Part shown: positions 10,316 to 19,024 of the stretch, piece after piece | Layout of the letters: every line of letters starts with the position of its first letter | How positions within the stretch are numbered: position 1 is the stretch's first letter | Assembly (NCBI GenBank): GCA_017397935.1 | Contig: JAFQHN010000018.1 | Span: 5,101-69,100, forward strand | Direction: 5' to 3' | Length of the DNA stretch: 64,000 nt | Source: Bacillota bacterium | GTDB taxonomy: Bacteria > Bacillota > Dehalobacteriia > UBA4068 > UBA4997 | Made by a program: the position numbers and the translations under genes | Notes under the pieces: generated by a model | Told to the model about the DNA's origin: nothing | The model's input: only the letters and a program-made list of their open reading frames with translations | Databases searched by the model: none

Positions 10316-11977
10316 TTATTCCGCCGTTGTGATAGTCACGGTTTTGGTGGCGTTATCCCAGCCCACCTTGCAGCCCAGCGCCTCGGAAACAGCTCTCAGC
10401 GGCAGCAGAGTACGTCCGTTCAGCGCCTGCGCCGGCACATCCAACCGCTTGGTGGCATCATTTACCTGCATTTTATCCGAGCCTAATGTCAGCCGCACCA
10501 AGACATCCGCCTTCTCGGCTGTAATTTTACCGGCCTTATAATCCACAGTTGCCCCCAGCGCCTCAAAAATCGTGCGCATAGGCAGCATTACACGGCCGCT
10601 TTGCACAAAAGGCTGCTGGTCAAATTGCAGCTGCTCATCATCCACCCAAACCGTTACCGCACCGGGCACGGCAGGCGTCAACGGCTTATTTACCGGCTTT
10701 TCCGGCTGTACTACCGTATTATCATCGGCATTATCATCGGCATAAAAATCCGCAATCACCCGCTGCAAGGCAAGGCTGCTCTCAATCATGCCGAAGCGGA
10801 AGTGAATTGCCCCGTCAACCTCATCGGCAGCGGCACAGGCTGCCAACTGCCGCTTTATCTCCTGCCCGTCAAACCACGGACTGTCTGCCGCCTTGGCCTC
10901 CACGGTTTTGTAATCTGCCAAGCCGATATACAGCTTGACATCGGTACCCTCTACCACACCGCACCACCAATCAAGCAGGGCGGTAAAATCAGCAGTCTTA
11001 TGGCCGGCCTCCCAGTAAATCTGCGGCGCAATATAATCCAGCCAGCCTTCCTCCACCCAATGCCTGGTGTCAGCATACATATTAAAATAAGAAGAATATG
11101 TGCTGGTGGTGTCGCTGCCTTCGGGGTGCAGGGTCTTGCTGGCCCAAATGCCCGCCGGGCTGATGCCGAAGTCCAACTCAGGGGCATAATTTTCGATCAG
11201 CCGGTGCAGCTTCTCTACCAGCCGGTTTACATTATCACGCCGCCAATCGGCAATATTCGCAAAACCGTCGCCGTATTTGGCAAAGCTTTCGGCATCGTCA
11301 AAATCAACGCCGGGGTAAAAATAATCGTCCAGATGTATGCCGTCAACCTGGTAGTTATCAATCAGCTCGGCCACGCCGTCCGTCACCAGATTGCGCACCT
11401 CAGGGAGAGCCGGGTCAAAATAATAATTGTTTTTGTAATTTACCACCCACTCCGGGTGCTGTTTGGCCGGGGAATCTTCCGCCAGTTTATCCCACTCGGC
11501 AGCGGATTTGGTGATACGGTAAGGGTTGATCCAGGCGTGCAGCTCCATGCCCCTTTTATGCGCACCTTCCACCCAATAATCCAGCGGGTCAAAGCCATCC
11601 TCAGGCGGCGTACCCTGCTGCCCCGTCAGATAAATACTCCACGGGTAATAATCTGACCCATACAAAGCATCCGCACAGGGGCGAACCTGAAAAAACACGG
11701 CATTAAAGCCCAGCTCCGCCGCCTTATCCAAAATCTCATCCGCCTGCCGCTGCAATTCATCCTTATCCATGGTCGGCCCGTCCGGGTAATCCAGATTCAG
11801 CACCGATGACACCCAAACGCCGCGCATTTCCTCATCAGCAGGGGCAGCACTCACCGTTTTCTTCACATCAGCCGCCGCCAGCAAATCCGCATTACTCCAC
11901 GGCAGCAGGGGCAGCGCCAGATACACCAGCACCGGGCACAGCAGCACCAGCAAAAACAAATTCCGCCAAAACTTCAT
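10316..11977 (-). CDS. secreted glycoside-hydrolase-like GHL10 (DUF4015/YngK-like) protein with C-terminal copper-amine-oxidase N-domain ('stalk') repeats
   Basis: Signal peptide MKFWRNLFLLVLLCPVLVYLALP. The catalytic-like region GVWVSSVLNLDYP...GFNAVFFQVRP...ELHAWINPYR matches the GHL10 family. The C-terminal pair ...TVDYKAGKITAEKADVLVRLTLGSDKMQVNDATKRLDVPAQALNGRTLLPLRAVSEALG matches the Cu_amine_oxidN1-type peptidoglycan-associated repeats. Start set at M13 using the GAGGAGG Shine-Dalgarno sequence. Confidence 0.65.
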   Translation of the reverse strand: MKFWRNLFLLVLLCPVLVYLALPLLPWSNADLLAAADVKKTVSAAPADEEMRGVWVSSVLNLDYPDGPTMDKDELQRQADEILDKAAELGFNAVFFQVRPCADALYGSDYYPWSIYLTGQQGTPPEDGFDPLDYWVEGAHKRGMELHAWINPYRITKSAAEWDKLAEDSPAKQHPEWVVNYKNNYYFDPALPEVRNLVTDGVAELIDNYQVDGIHLDDYFYPGVDFDDAESFAKYGDGFANIADWRRDNVNRLVEKLHRLIENYAPELDFGISPAGIWASKTLHPEGSDTTSTYSSYFNMYADTRHWVEEGWLDYIAPQIYWEAGHKTADFTALLDWWCGVVEGTDVKLYIGLADYKTVEAKAADSPWFDGQEIKRQLAACAAADEVDGAIHFRFGMIESSLALQRVIADFYADDNADDNTVVQPEKPVNKPLTPAVPGAVTVWVDDEQLQFDQQPFVQSGRVMLPMRTIFEALGATVDYKAGKITAEKADVLVRLTLGSDKMQVNDATKRLDVPAQALNGRTLLPLRAVSEALGCKVGWDNATKTVTITTAE

Positions 11978-12313
11978 TTTCATCCTCCTCATCTTACAGC
12001 CATCACAAATCAACCGTCACACTTATCAGCACGGGCAAAGCCGATATATGGTTAATTATAACACAACTGCCCAGCTACTTCCATAGGCGGCAACATTATA
12101 CTCGGCACAATTACCGTATTTTTGGCTTTAATTTTTGCCGTAAGCGTAAATTTTTGGCAAAATACCGCAGCAATCGGCTAATCAGCGCAAAATTTGCTTG
12201 TTTTATCTTGCCAATTCCTTTATAATGAACATAATATGGTTGTCTGTGCGCAGCCCAAGTTTAACAGGCACTTCGGCATAGTTTACGGCCGTCCTGCCGA
12301 GAGGAGATTTAAT

Positions 12314-13690
12314 ATGGAACAACAAATGGAAAAACGCTACGGCCTGCCCACCGCGATATGCATGGTGGTCGGTATCGTTATCGGCTCGGGCATCTTCTTT
12401 AAGACCGAGGCCGTGTTGCAGGTGACGGGCGGCAATGCGCTGACGGGTGTACTCTCGCTGCTGATCATGGGTATCATCATGTTCTTCTGCGCTTACGCTT
12501 TCAGCGTACTGGCCCAAAAGTACAACAAGGTAAACGGTCTGGTGGACTATGCCGAGGCTACTTGCGGCCCCAAATACGCGTATTATCTGGGCTGGTACAT
12601 GACGATGATTTACACCCCGGCCATTACCTCGGTGCTGTGCTGGGTATCAGCCATGTATTTTATGGCCCTGTTCGGTTTCGGCTCCACCAGCGGCGAGACT
12701 ATGGTGCTGGCCGGCTTCTTCTTGATCGGTGATGCGCTGTTAAACGCCGTAGCCCCCAGGATTGCCGGCAAATTGCAGGTATCTACCACCGTCATCAAGA
12801 TGATTCCTCTGGTGCTGATGGCCGTTATCGGTATTGGCGCAGGCATGGCCAGCGGCCAGTTGGCGCACAACTTCCAGTTGGCTTCGATATCTGATGTTTC
12901 AACCATCGGCGGCCTGACTGCCTCGGTGGTATCTTTGGCCTTTGCGTTTGAGGGCTGGATTCTGGCCACCTCTATCAACGCTGAATTAAAGGACGCCAAG
13001 AAGAACCTGCCCCGTGCGCTGATTATCGGTGCCGTCATCATCGTAGCCGTATATGTGTTCTATTATCTGGGCATCTGCGGAGCCATCAGCGTGGAGGAAC
13101 TGATGCAGTCCGGCTCTACGCAGGCCTTCAAAAACATCTTCGGTGATTTCTTCGGCACTCTGCTTTCGGTATTCATCGTAATCTCCTGTCTGGGCACGGT
13201 AAACGGCCTGATGATGGCCAACGCCCGCAGTATGTACTCCATCGCCATGCGCGGCAACGGCCCCAAGCCGGCCCTGTTTGCCCGTGTGGATGAAACCACC
13301 AATATGCCCATCAACTCCACCTTCTTCGGTGCGTTTCTGGTGATGATTTGGCTGCTGTACTTCTTCGGCGCCAATTTAAGCTCCGGCTGGTTCGGCCTGT
13401 TCAACTTCGATTCCAGCGAGCTGGTAATCGTGGCGCTGTATGCCATGTATATTCCCATCTTCCTGAAAATGTATCAGGATAAAGAGTTAAGCGGCTTTAA
13501 GCGCACCATGGTGCCCACGCTGGCCATTTTCAGCTGTCTGTTCCTGGTTGGCTGTGCTGTTTACTCGCACGGCATCGTTAAATATCAGGCAGCGGCCGCC
13601 AACGGCGAATTTGCCTTCCCCGTGCTGTTCTTCTGCATTGTGACGGCGGTGGTGCTGTTCATCGGCAAGCTCTGCTACAACTCCAAATAA
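12314..13690 (+). CDS. amino acid permease (APC superfamily)
   Basis: Twelve-TM profile and GSGIFF motif. Start moved to MEQQMEKRYGLPTAICMVVGIVIGSGIFFK with a GAGAGGAG Shine-Dalgarno sequence. The track's N-terminal extension would read through the promoter. Confidence 0.8.
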   Translation: MEQQMEKRYGLPTAICMVVGIVIGSGIFFKTEAVLQVTGGNALTGVLSLLIMGIIMFFCAYAFSVLAQKYNKVNGLVDYAEATCGPKYAYYLGWYMTMIYTPAITSVLCWVSAMYFMALFGFGSTSGETMVLAGFFLIGDALLNAVAPRIAGKLQVSTTVIKMIPLVLMAVIGIGAGMASGQLAHNFQLASISDVSTIGGLTASVVSLAFAFEGWILATSINAELKDAKKNLPRALIIGAVIIVAVYVFYYLGICGAISVEELMQSGSTQAFKNIFGDFFGTLLSVFIVISCLGTVNGLMMANARSMYSIAMRGNGPKPALFARVDETTNMPINSTFFGAFLVMIWLLYFFGANLSSGWFGLFNFDSSELVIVALYAMYIPIFLKMYQDKELSGFKRTMVPTLAIFSCLFLVGCAVYSHGIVKYQAAAANGEFAFPVLFFCIVTAVVLFIGKLCYNSK

Positions 13691-13720
13691 GCAGTCTGCA
13701 ATCAACTAAATATCAATGCG

Positions 13721-13768
13721 AAACCCGGCCTGGATTTCTCCAAACCGGGTTTTGTTTATGTTTTTTTA
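13721..13768. terminator. bidirectional terminator
   Basis: Hairpin aaacccggcctgg...ccaaaccgggttt followed by a T-run. Confidence 0.7.
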
Positions 13769-14079
13769 TTCTTAATGGCCTTCTTGGCCTTCTCATGCAG
13801 GTCATGCAGCACAGCCAGCGTCTTTTGGTCATCAGGGAACAGCTTCTTCAACAGGGCAATCGCAATCGCCAGAGTAACCAGCTTCTCCGGCGAAAATGGC
13901 ACCCACAAAAATGCAACATAAGCGCCGGCCACCGCCGTCATCCAGCCGATGCCAAGGTAAGTCCCCACAGCCAGCAGAATATATGACCACCCGTTTGTAA
14001 TCAACCACGCCAAGGCAATACAAAACAACAGCTTGGGGTTGGTAACAAATTGCAGAAATTTCCTTATTTTCTCTTTCAT
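13756..14079 (-). CDS. hypothetical small membrane protein
   Basis: 107 aa with 3 predicted TM helices. Lower-GC gene beside the tmRNA locus. Confidence 0.45.
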   Translation of the reverse strand: MKEKIRKFLQFVTNPKLLFCIALAWLITNGWSYILLAVGTYLGIGWMTAVAGAYVAFLWVPFSPEKLVTLAIAIALLKKLFPDDQKTLAVLHDLHEKAKKAIKNKKT

Positions 14080-14233
14080 AGGCTTGTCTCATTCCCTCAT
14101 AAGCAGTTATCATAAGTTTACCGCCGGCTTTAATTATTGTCAACGGCAAATAAATACCGCACACCGTACAAAACAACGGTATGCGGCATTTTAATTTTGG
14201 CAGTTTGGATAACAACCTCTCCCGGAGATATAA

Positions 14234-14509
14234 TTATTTGTCGGAATCCTTCCATGCAGACAACGCCATCATCGCTTCACCAACACGCAAAACCTTGGCC
14301 AAATCCCGGCGCTGTTCCTCCTCAATTTTCATCTTGGCATTGTAATCATCATCAGCAATAGCCTTAATGCCCTGCTCGGTTGACCACTTGCAATAAATCC
14401 AAATCTCAGGGCGCACAAACCGAACCTGTTTACCCTTGTGCTCGGCAAGCACATCTTTTAACTCCCTCTTATATGCAGCCTTGTAATCTTCCAATGTCAC
14501 CAGTTTCAT
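14234..14509 (-). CDS. hypothetical cytoplasmic protein (91 aa)
   Basis: Clean ORF, MKLVTLEDYKAAYKRELKDV.... No family recognised. Confidence 0.45.
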   Translation of the reverse strand: MKLVTLEDYKAAYKRELKDVLAEHKGKQVRFVRPEIWIYCKWSTEQGIKAIADDDYNAKMKIEEEQRRDLAKVLRVGEAMMALSAWKDSDK

Positions 14510-14667
14510 AATATTACTCCTTTTTATACTTAATTAAGTTTAATCTAATCTGTCTCTTAATATATTATTGTATCACAGAATTGACTAAATTTCACTATAA
14601 AAAACTTATTTTTCAGCACATAAATATAATCTGCCGTTCATCTCTAATATACAACGCCGCATATAAC

Positions 14668-14710
14668 AAAAAAACTGCCGTCACCCAAACAAGTGACGGC
14701 AGTTTTGTTT
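14668..14710. terminator. rho-independent terminator downstream of ssrA
   Basis: Hairpin ctgccgtcacccaaacaagtgacggcag followed by a T-run. Confidence 0.75.
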
Positions 14711-14743
14711 ACACGCTTAACCAGATTTTAGTTAAGCTTATTA

Positions 14744-15100
14744 TGGTGGAGGTGGCGGGATTCGAACCCGCGTCCGAAAGAGAACCCATCACACTTTCTA
14801 CGAGCGTATTCTGTCGTTTGAATCTTGCGGGCAGCCGCACGGCAGACAAAGCAGCGGCACCGCCAGCCTTAAAAGTTTCCTCTCACTCCGTAAGGCGGCA
14901 GAGCGAAAGTAGCTTGCATGGTTTGACCTCATTGCCACAGCCGGCAAGCTGGGCCGTGGGCGAGGGTAGCATTAAGCTGCTACAGCGTAAGAAGTTTTGC
15001 CATTTAAGAAATGACGATTGCCATGGTTTTACGGGCTGATGACATCCCCGGCTCGCTTATATGACCAATCCTTCCCCCGTCGAATCCAAAAAACACCCCC
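14744..15100 (-). ncRNA. ssrA: transfer-messenger RNA (tmRNA, ssrA)
   Basis: The reverse complement reads 5' GGGGGUGUUUUUUGGAUUCGACGGGG...tag ORF...GCGGGUUCGAAUCCCGCCACCUCCACCA 3'. The acceptor stem pairs (GGGGGUG / CACCUCC). The T-arm GGUUCGAAUCC and the E. coli-like GGAUUCGACGGG 5' region are present. The tag reading frame ends ...UAC GCU GUA GCA GCU UAA (…YAVAA*). It sits directly downstream of smpB. Confidence 0.9.
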
Positions 15101-15142
15101 ATATCAATGATAAATACAGTTACAGTATGCCAAAACTTGCAC

Positions 15143-15604
15143 TTAATATTCGCGGCTGCGCTCCTTCATGGCGCGCTCAATCTGGCGTTTGGAATCTCGC
15201 TCGGCCATGGAATCACGCTTGTCGTACATCTTTTTGCCGCGGGCCAGAGCCAGCTCCACCTTGACCAGCGCGGCCGAGAAATACAGCCGTACCGGCACCA
15301 GCGTCAGGCCCTTCTCCCGCACGGCGGCGTGCAGGCGGGCAATTTCACCCTTATGAAGCAGTAGGCGGCGAGGCCGCTTTTCATCATGGTTATTGATGTT
15401 GCCAAATTCATAGTGGCTGATGTGCAGATTATACAGCCAAACCTGGCCGTTTTCGATGCGGGCAAAAGCGTCCACCAGACTGGCCTTGCCGGCCCTCAGC
15501 GACTTTACCTCGGTGCCGAAAAGCTCAATTCCGGCCTCGTATTTCTCCAAAAAGAGGTACTCATGGCGCGCTTTGCGGTTTTCGATAATCGTTTTTCCGG
15601 CCAT
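15143..15604 (-). CDS. smpB: SsrA-binding protein SmpB
   Basis: Translation MAGKTIIENRKARHEYLFLEKYEAGIELFGTEVKS... is canonical SmpB. Start at the ATG with an AAGGAGGGAG Shine-Dalgarno sequence. Confidence 0.9.
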   Translation of the reverse strand: MAGKTIIENRKARHEYLFLEKYEAGIELFGTEVKSLRAGKASLVDAFARIENGQVWLYNLHISHYEFGNINNHDEKRPRRLLLHKGEIARLHAAVREKGLTLVPVRLYFSAALVKVELALARGKKMYDKRDSMAERDSKRQIERAMKERSREY

Positions 15605-15629
15605 TTCGGCTCCCTCCTTTGATAACGCT

Positions 15630-17657
15630 TTAATCGCGGCTGGCCGCCGGTATCCGGTCGGCAGGTGCGGGCACAAAATCTATGCGTCTCTCCAACAAAT
15701 CAACCCGTGCCACCTGAATCCACAGCACATCACCCAGCGTAAAGCAATGAGCCTTACCCTGCATCAGCATCGTTTCAGCAATATAATTATACTCGTCCGG
15801 CGGCAAATCGTCAACACCCACACGGCCCTCAATTCCGTTTTCCAGCGCCACAAAAACACCGCCGGCCGTCATTCCTGCCACTTTTCCGGCAAAAATCTCA
15901 CCCAAATGCTCCTGCATATACAGACAGCACTTCATCTTCACCGCCTCGCGCTCAATTTCCTCAGCCAGCCGTTCCCTCACCGAGGACTGCTGCGCCGCTG
16001 CCGCCATGTAGGCCGACATTTTGCGCACCTTCAAGCTGTCATCGGGCTGCGCCAAATCGTGCTTGATAGCACGGTGCACCGCCAAATCAGCATAACGGCG
16101 GATGGGTGAGGTAAAATGGCAATAATACTTGGCCGCCAGACCAAAATGGCCGCTGCAATCAGGAGAATACTCCGCATGCGACATACTGCGCAGGGCCATA
16201 AGCTGCATAAACTCATCCTCCGGCCGCCCTGCCGCCTGTTTCAGCAGATTCTGCACTTCCCTGGGGCTGACATTACCTTCGGCATCGCCCAGCTCATTAT
16301 AGCCAAAAGCCAGCAGCGCCGCATTCAGATTAAACAGCTTCTCCTCCTTCGGCCCCTCATGCACACGGTAGACAAAAGGTATCTGCTTGCGGCGGAAGTG
16401 CTCGGCCACCGTTTCATTGGCGGCCAGCATGGCCTGCTCGATCATCTTCTCGGCCAAACGGGAATGACGCTTTACCACCTCGGCCACCCGCCCGTTTTCG
16501 GCCATCTTCACCTTAACCTCGGGGAAGTCAAAGTTCAGCGCACCGCGGCGTGTCCGCATCTTCTCCAAAATACGCTGCAAGGCAGCCAGCGGTTTCAGCA
16601 GCGGCAGCATATCACGGTTTTCGGCCGTCAGCTTGCGGTCATGGTCCAGCAAAATGGCATTCACAGTATCATAATCCAACCGCTTGGCCACATTGATAAC
16701 CGCAGGGTAAATGTCATAATCAACCAGCCTGCCGCGCGGCGTAAATTCCATATCACAGGCCAAAGTCAGGCGGTCAACACCGGCATTCAGGCTGCATATC
16801 CCGTTGGAAAGCTCCTTGGGCAGCATAGGCAGCACTCTGTCCGGCAAATAAACCGAGGTCGCACGGGCAAAGGCCTCCTGCTCCATCTCGCTGCCCATCT
16901 GCACATAATGCGCCACATCGGCAATATGCACACTCAAAAAGTAATTGCCGCTCTCCAACCGTGTACAAAAAACCGCATCGTCAAAATCACGGCTGTCCAC
17001 ACCGTCAATCGTCACCAACGGCAGGCTGCGGCAATCACGGCGGCCAAAAAGCTCCTCCTCGCTCACCGTTTGGGGCGCAGCCTTGGCCTCATCCAGCACC
17101 GCTTGGGGAAATTCCCCGGGAGCCCCCAGCTGCCACATCACCATCTGCATATCCGCGCCGTCCTGCGCCTGCAAATCCACCTCATCCACATGATGCAGCA
17201 CCTGCAAAATCGTGCCCTCCATGCGGGTTTCCTTGTCGATTTTGCGGCCGCGCTTCCGGTACTCCTCAATATCGGTGAACAGGCGCACCAGCACGTGGTC
17301 ATACTGTCGGGCGTCACCCACATTACGCTCAGCGATGAAAATATCCGGCCATTCGGCGTTGCGGGTGCGCACAAAACCAAAGCCCTTGCGGCTGGTCATA
17401 AAATAACCCTCCAACAACAGGCCGGGGTTGCGCCCATCCTTGGCAGCAGGATAAGCGCGGCGGCCCTGCGCGCCTTCATTATGCCGCCTGCCGTGCCGTT
17501 CATTATAGCTTTCGGTATGATTTCTTTTATGCTTGCCGTGCGCCTTGGGTTTGTGGCCGTGCTTCTTATCAGCCTGGCCTGTCTTGCCCTGCTGCTCTCG
17601 CTTAAAGAGCCCCTCCGGCTTGGTTTTGGGTGCCTGTGAGCGTTTTTTCCTCGTCAT
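15630..17657 (-). CDS. rnr: ribonuclease R
   Basis: Cold-shock domains (RKGFGFVRT), an RNB catalytic domain (HIADVAHYV..., DxxxxD motifs) and a C-terminal S1 domain. Unusual lysine/histidine-rich 86-aa N-terminal region. rnr-smpB-ssrA order is conserved in Firmicutes. Confidence 0.85.
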   Translation of the reverse strand: MTRKKRSQAPKTKPEGLFKREQQGKTGQADKKHGHKPKAHGKHKRNHTESYNERHGRRHNEGAQGRRAYPAAKDGRNPGLLLEGYFMTSRKGFGFVRTRNAEWPDIFIAERNVGDARQYDHVLVRLFTDIEEYRKRGRKIDKETRMEGTILQVLHHVDEVDLQAQDGADMQMVMWQLGAPGEFPQAVLDEAKAAPQTVSEEELFGRRDCRSLPLVTIDGVDSRDFDDAVFCTRLESGNYFLSVHIADVAHYVQMGSEMEQEAFARATSVYLPDRVLPMLPKELSNGICSLNAGVDRLTLACDMEFTPRGRLVDYDIYPAVINVAKRLDYDTVNAILLDHDRKLTAENRDMLPLLKPLAALQRILEKMRTRRGALNFDFPEVKVKMAENGRVAEVVKRHSRLAEKMIEQAMLAANETVAEHFRRKQIPFVYRVHEGPKEEKLFNLNAALLAFGYNELGDAEGNVSPREVQNLLKQAAGRPEDEFMQLMALRSMSHAEYSPDCSGHFGLAAKYYCHFTSPIRRYADLAVHRAIKHDLAQPDDSLKVRKMSAYMAAAAQQSSVRERLAEEIEREAVKMKCCLYMQEHLGEIFAGKVAGMTAGGVFVALENGIEGRVGVDDLPPDEYNYIAETMLMQGKAHCFTLGDVLWIQVARVDLLERRIDFVPAPADRIPAASRD

Positions 17658-17680
17658 AAATGGTTTTATATCCTCTATAT

Positions 17681-17720
17681 TATATATTATTCGTCTTAAT
17701 TATATATTATTCGTCTTACT
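17681..17720. repeat. 20-bp tandem direct repeat (2 copies, 19/20 identical) in rnr promoter region, second copy spanning thiI stop codon
   Basis: tatatattattcgtcttaat / tatatattattcgtcttact. Confidence 0.8.
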
Positions 17721-18966
17721 CATCGTCATCTTCGCCAAACTGCTTAATACCCTGCGGCGTCAGCACATAAGTCTTGGTTTTCTGCAAGGCCTCGGCAATC
17801 AGCTCATCAATGGCCAAATTCTGCTCCATCTCCACCGCCTCGGACAATCTGGGTTTGATTTTGGGATGGGCCGGCAAAAATACCGTACAGCAATCCTCAT
17901 ACGGGCGGATAGAAATATCAAAGGTGCCGATATGCTGGGCACGCTCCACAATTTCCTCCTTATCAAAACCGATAAGCGGACGCAGCACCGGCATATTGGT
18001 TACATTATTAATGGTATACATACTCTCCAAGGTCTGGCTGGCCACCTGCCCCACGCTCTCGCCGGTATAAATAGCCATGGCAGCGTTTTTGCGGGCAATC
18101 TGCTCGGCCAGGCGGAACATAAAGCGGCGCATAATGGTAATACCGTAATCCTCGGGGCAGTTGGCGTGGATGGCTTTCTGGATCTCGGTAAAATGCACAC
18201 AATGCACCTTGATGGGTTTGTTGTGCCATGCCGCCAGCACCTGCGCCAAATCCAGCACCTTCTCCTTGGCACGCTCGCTGGTAAAGGGGAAGCTCTCAAA
18301 ATGCACCGCCTCCACATTCACGCCGCGCTTCATCGCCATCCAGGTGGCCACGGGGCTGTCGATACCGCCGGATAACATAACCACCGCACGGCCGCCGGTA
18401 CCCACCGGCATACCCTTGGCGCCCGTGTAGCTGCCGCAGTACACATAAGCGGCCTCATCACGCACCTCCACATTGATGATGTGCTGGGGCTTCTTCATCC
18501 TGGCGGTGTACTTGTCCGCAGTCTGGGCAAAGATATAACCGCCCACCGCCTTGCTTATCTCCGGCGAAGCCATCGGAAAACGCTTGTCGGAACGGCGGCT
18601 CTCCACCTTAAACTCACCGCCGTTGGGCAGGCTCTCCTGCAACACCTGCAAGGCCGCCCGCTGAATAGCCGGCAGATTTTTCTCCACCGCCAGCACCGGG
18701 CACAGGGCATAAATGCCGAAAACCTTTTGCAGGCGGCTTACCACCTCGGGCATATCATCCAGCACCGGCACCGTAATGCGCCCCAGGCTGGTTGAAACCT
18801 TACGCTCGGGCAAATCGGCAATCGCACGCTCAATATTCTTCACCAGCCGGTTGATGAACTGATTTTTGTTCTTGCCCTTCAAGCCCAGCTCACCGTATTT
18901 AATCATCAACAGCTGTTTGATTTCTCTGCCATTGTTCTCATTATTTGTAATCTCATTTACTGCCAT
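17716..18966 (-). CDS. thiI: tRNA 4-thiouridine(8) synthase ThiI
   Basis: THUMP N-terminus (LMIKYGELGLKGKN) and PP-loop (VMLSGGIDSPVA). 416 aa. Start at MAVNEI with a GGAGAGAGG Shine-Dalgarno sequence. Confidence 0.85.
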   Translation of the reverse strand: MAVNEITNNENNGREIKQLLMIKYGELGLKGKNKNQFINRLVKNIERAIADLPERKVSTSLGRITVPVLDDMPEVVSRLQKVFGIYALCPVLAVEKNLPAIQRAALQVLQESLPNGGEFKVESRRSDKRFPMASPEISKAVGGYIFAQTADKYTARMKKPQHIINVEVRDEAAYVYCGSYTGAKGMPVGTGGRAVVMLSGGIDSPVATWMAMKRGVNVEAVHFESFPFTSERAKEKVLDLAQVLAAWHNKPIKVHCVHFTEIQKAIHANCPEDYGITIMRRFMFRLAEQIARKNAAMAIYTGESVGQVASQTLESMYTINNVTNMPVLRPLIGFDKEEIVERAQHIGTFDISIRPYEDCCTVFLPAHPKIKPRLSEAVEMEQNLAIDELIAEALQKTKTYVLTPQGIKQFGEDDDE

Positions 18967-19024
18967 CGGTAAAACCTCTCTCCCCAATTCCCAAATAAAT
19001 CCTTTTATCGCTTATTAACGCTTG

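Noticed and set aside
12014-12313. Riboswitch or T-box upstream of the amino-acid permease
   Set aside because: The leader is about 85 nt with some pairing potential (ggcacttcggcatagtttacggccgtcctgcc). It matches no riboswitch class I can recognise and is too short for a T-box.
13756-14509. Toxin-antitoxin pair next to tmRNA
   Set aside because: The two small ORFs are separated by 154 bp, are not overlapping or coupled, and show no RelE/ParE/HicA/HTH signatures. Left as hypothetical proteins.
16116-17639. 507-aa +strand ORF opposite rnr
   Set aside because: Antisense to RNase R. Arg/His/Gln-rich with no recognisable fold.
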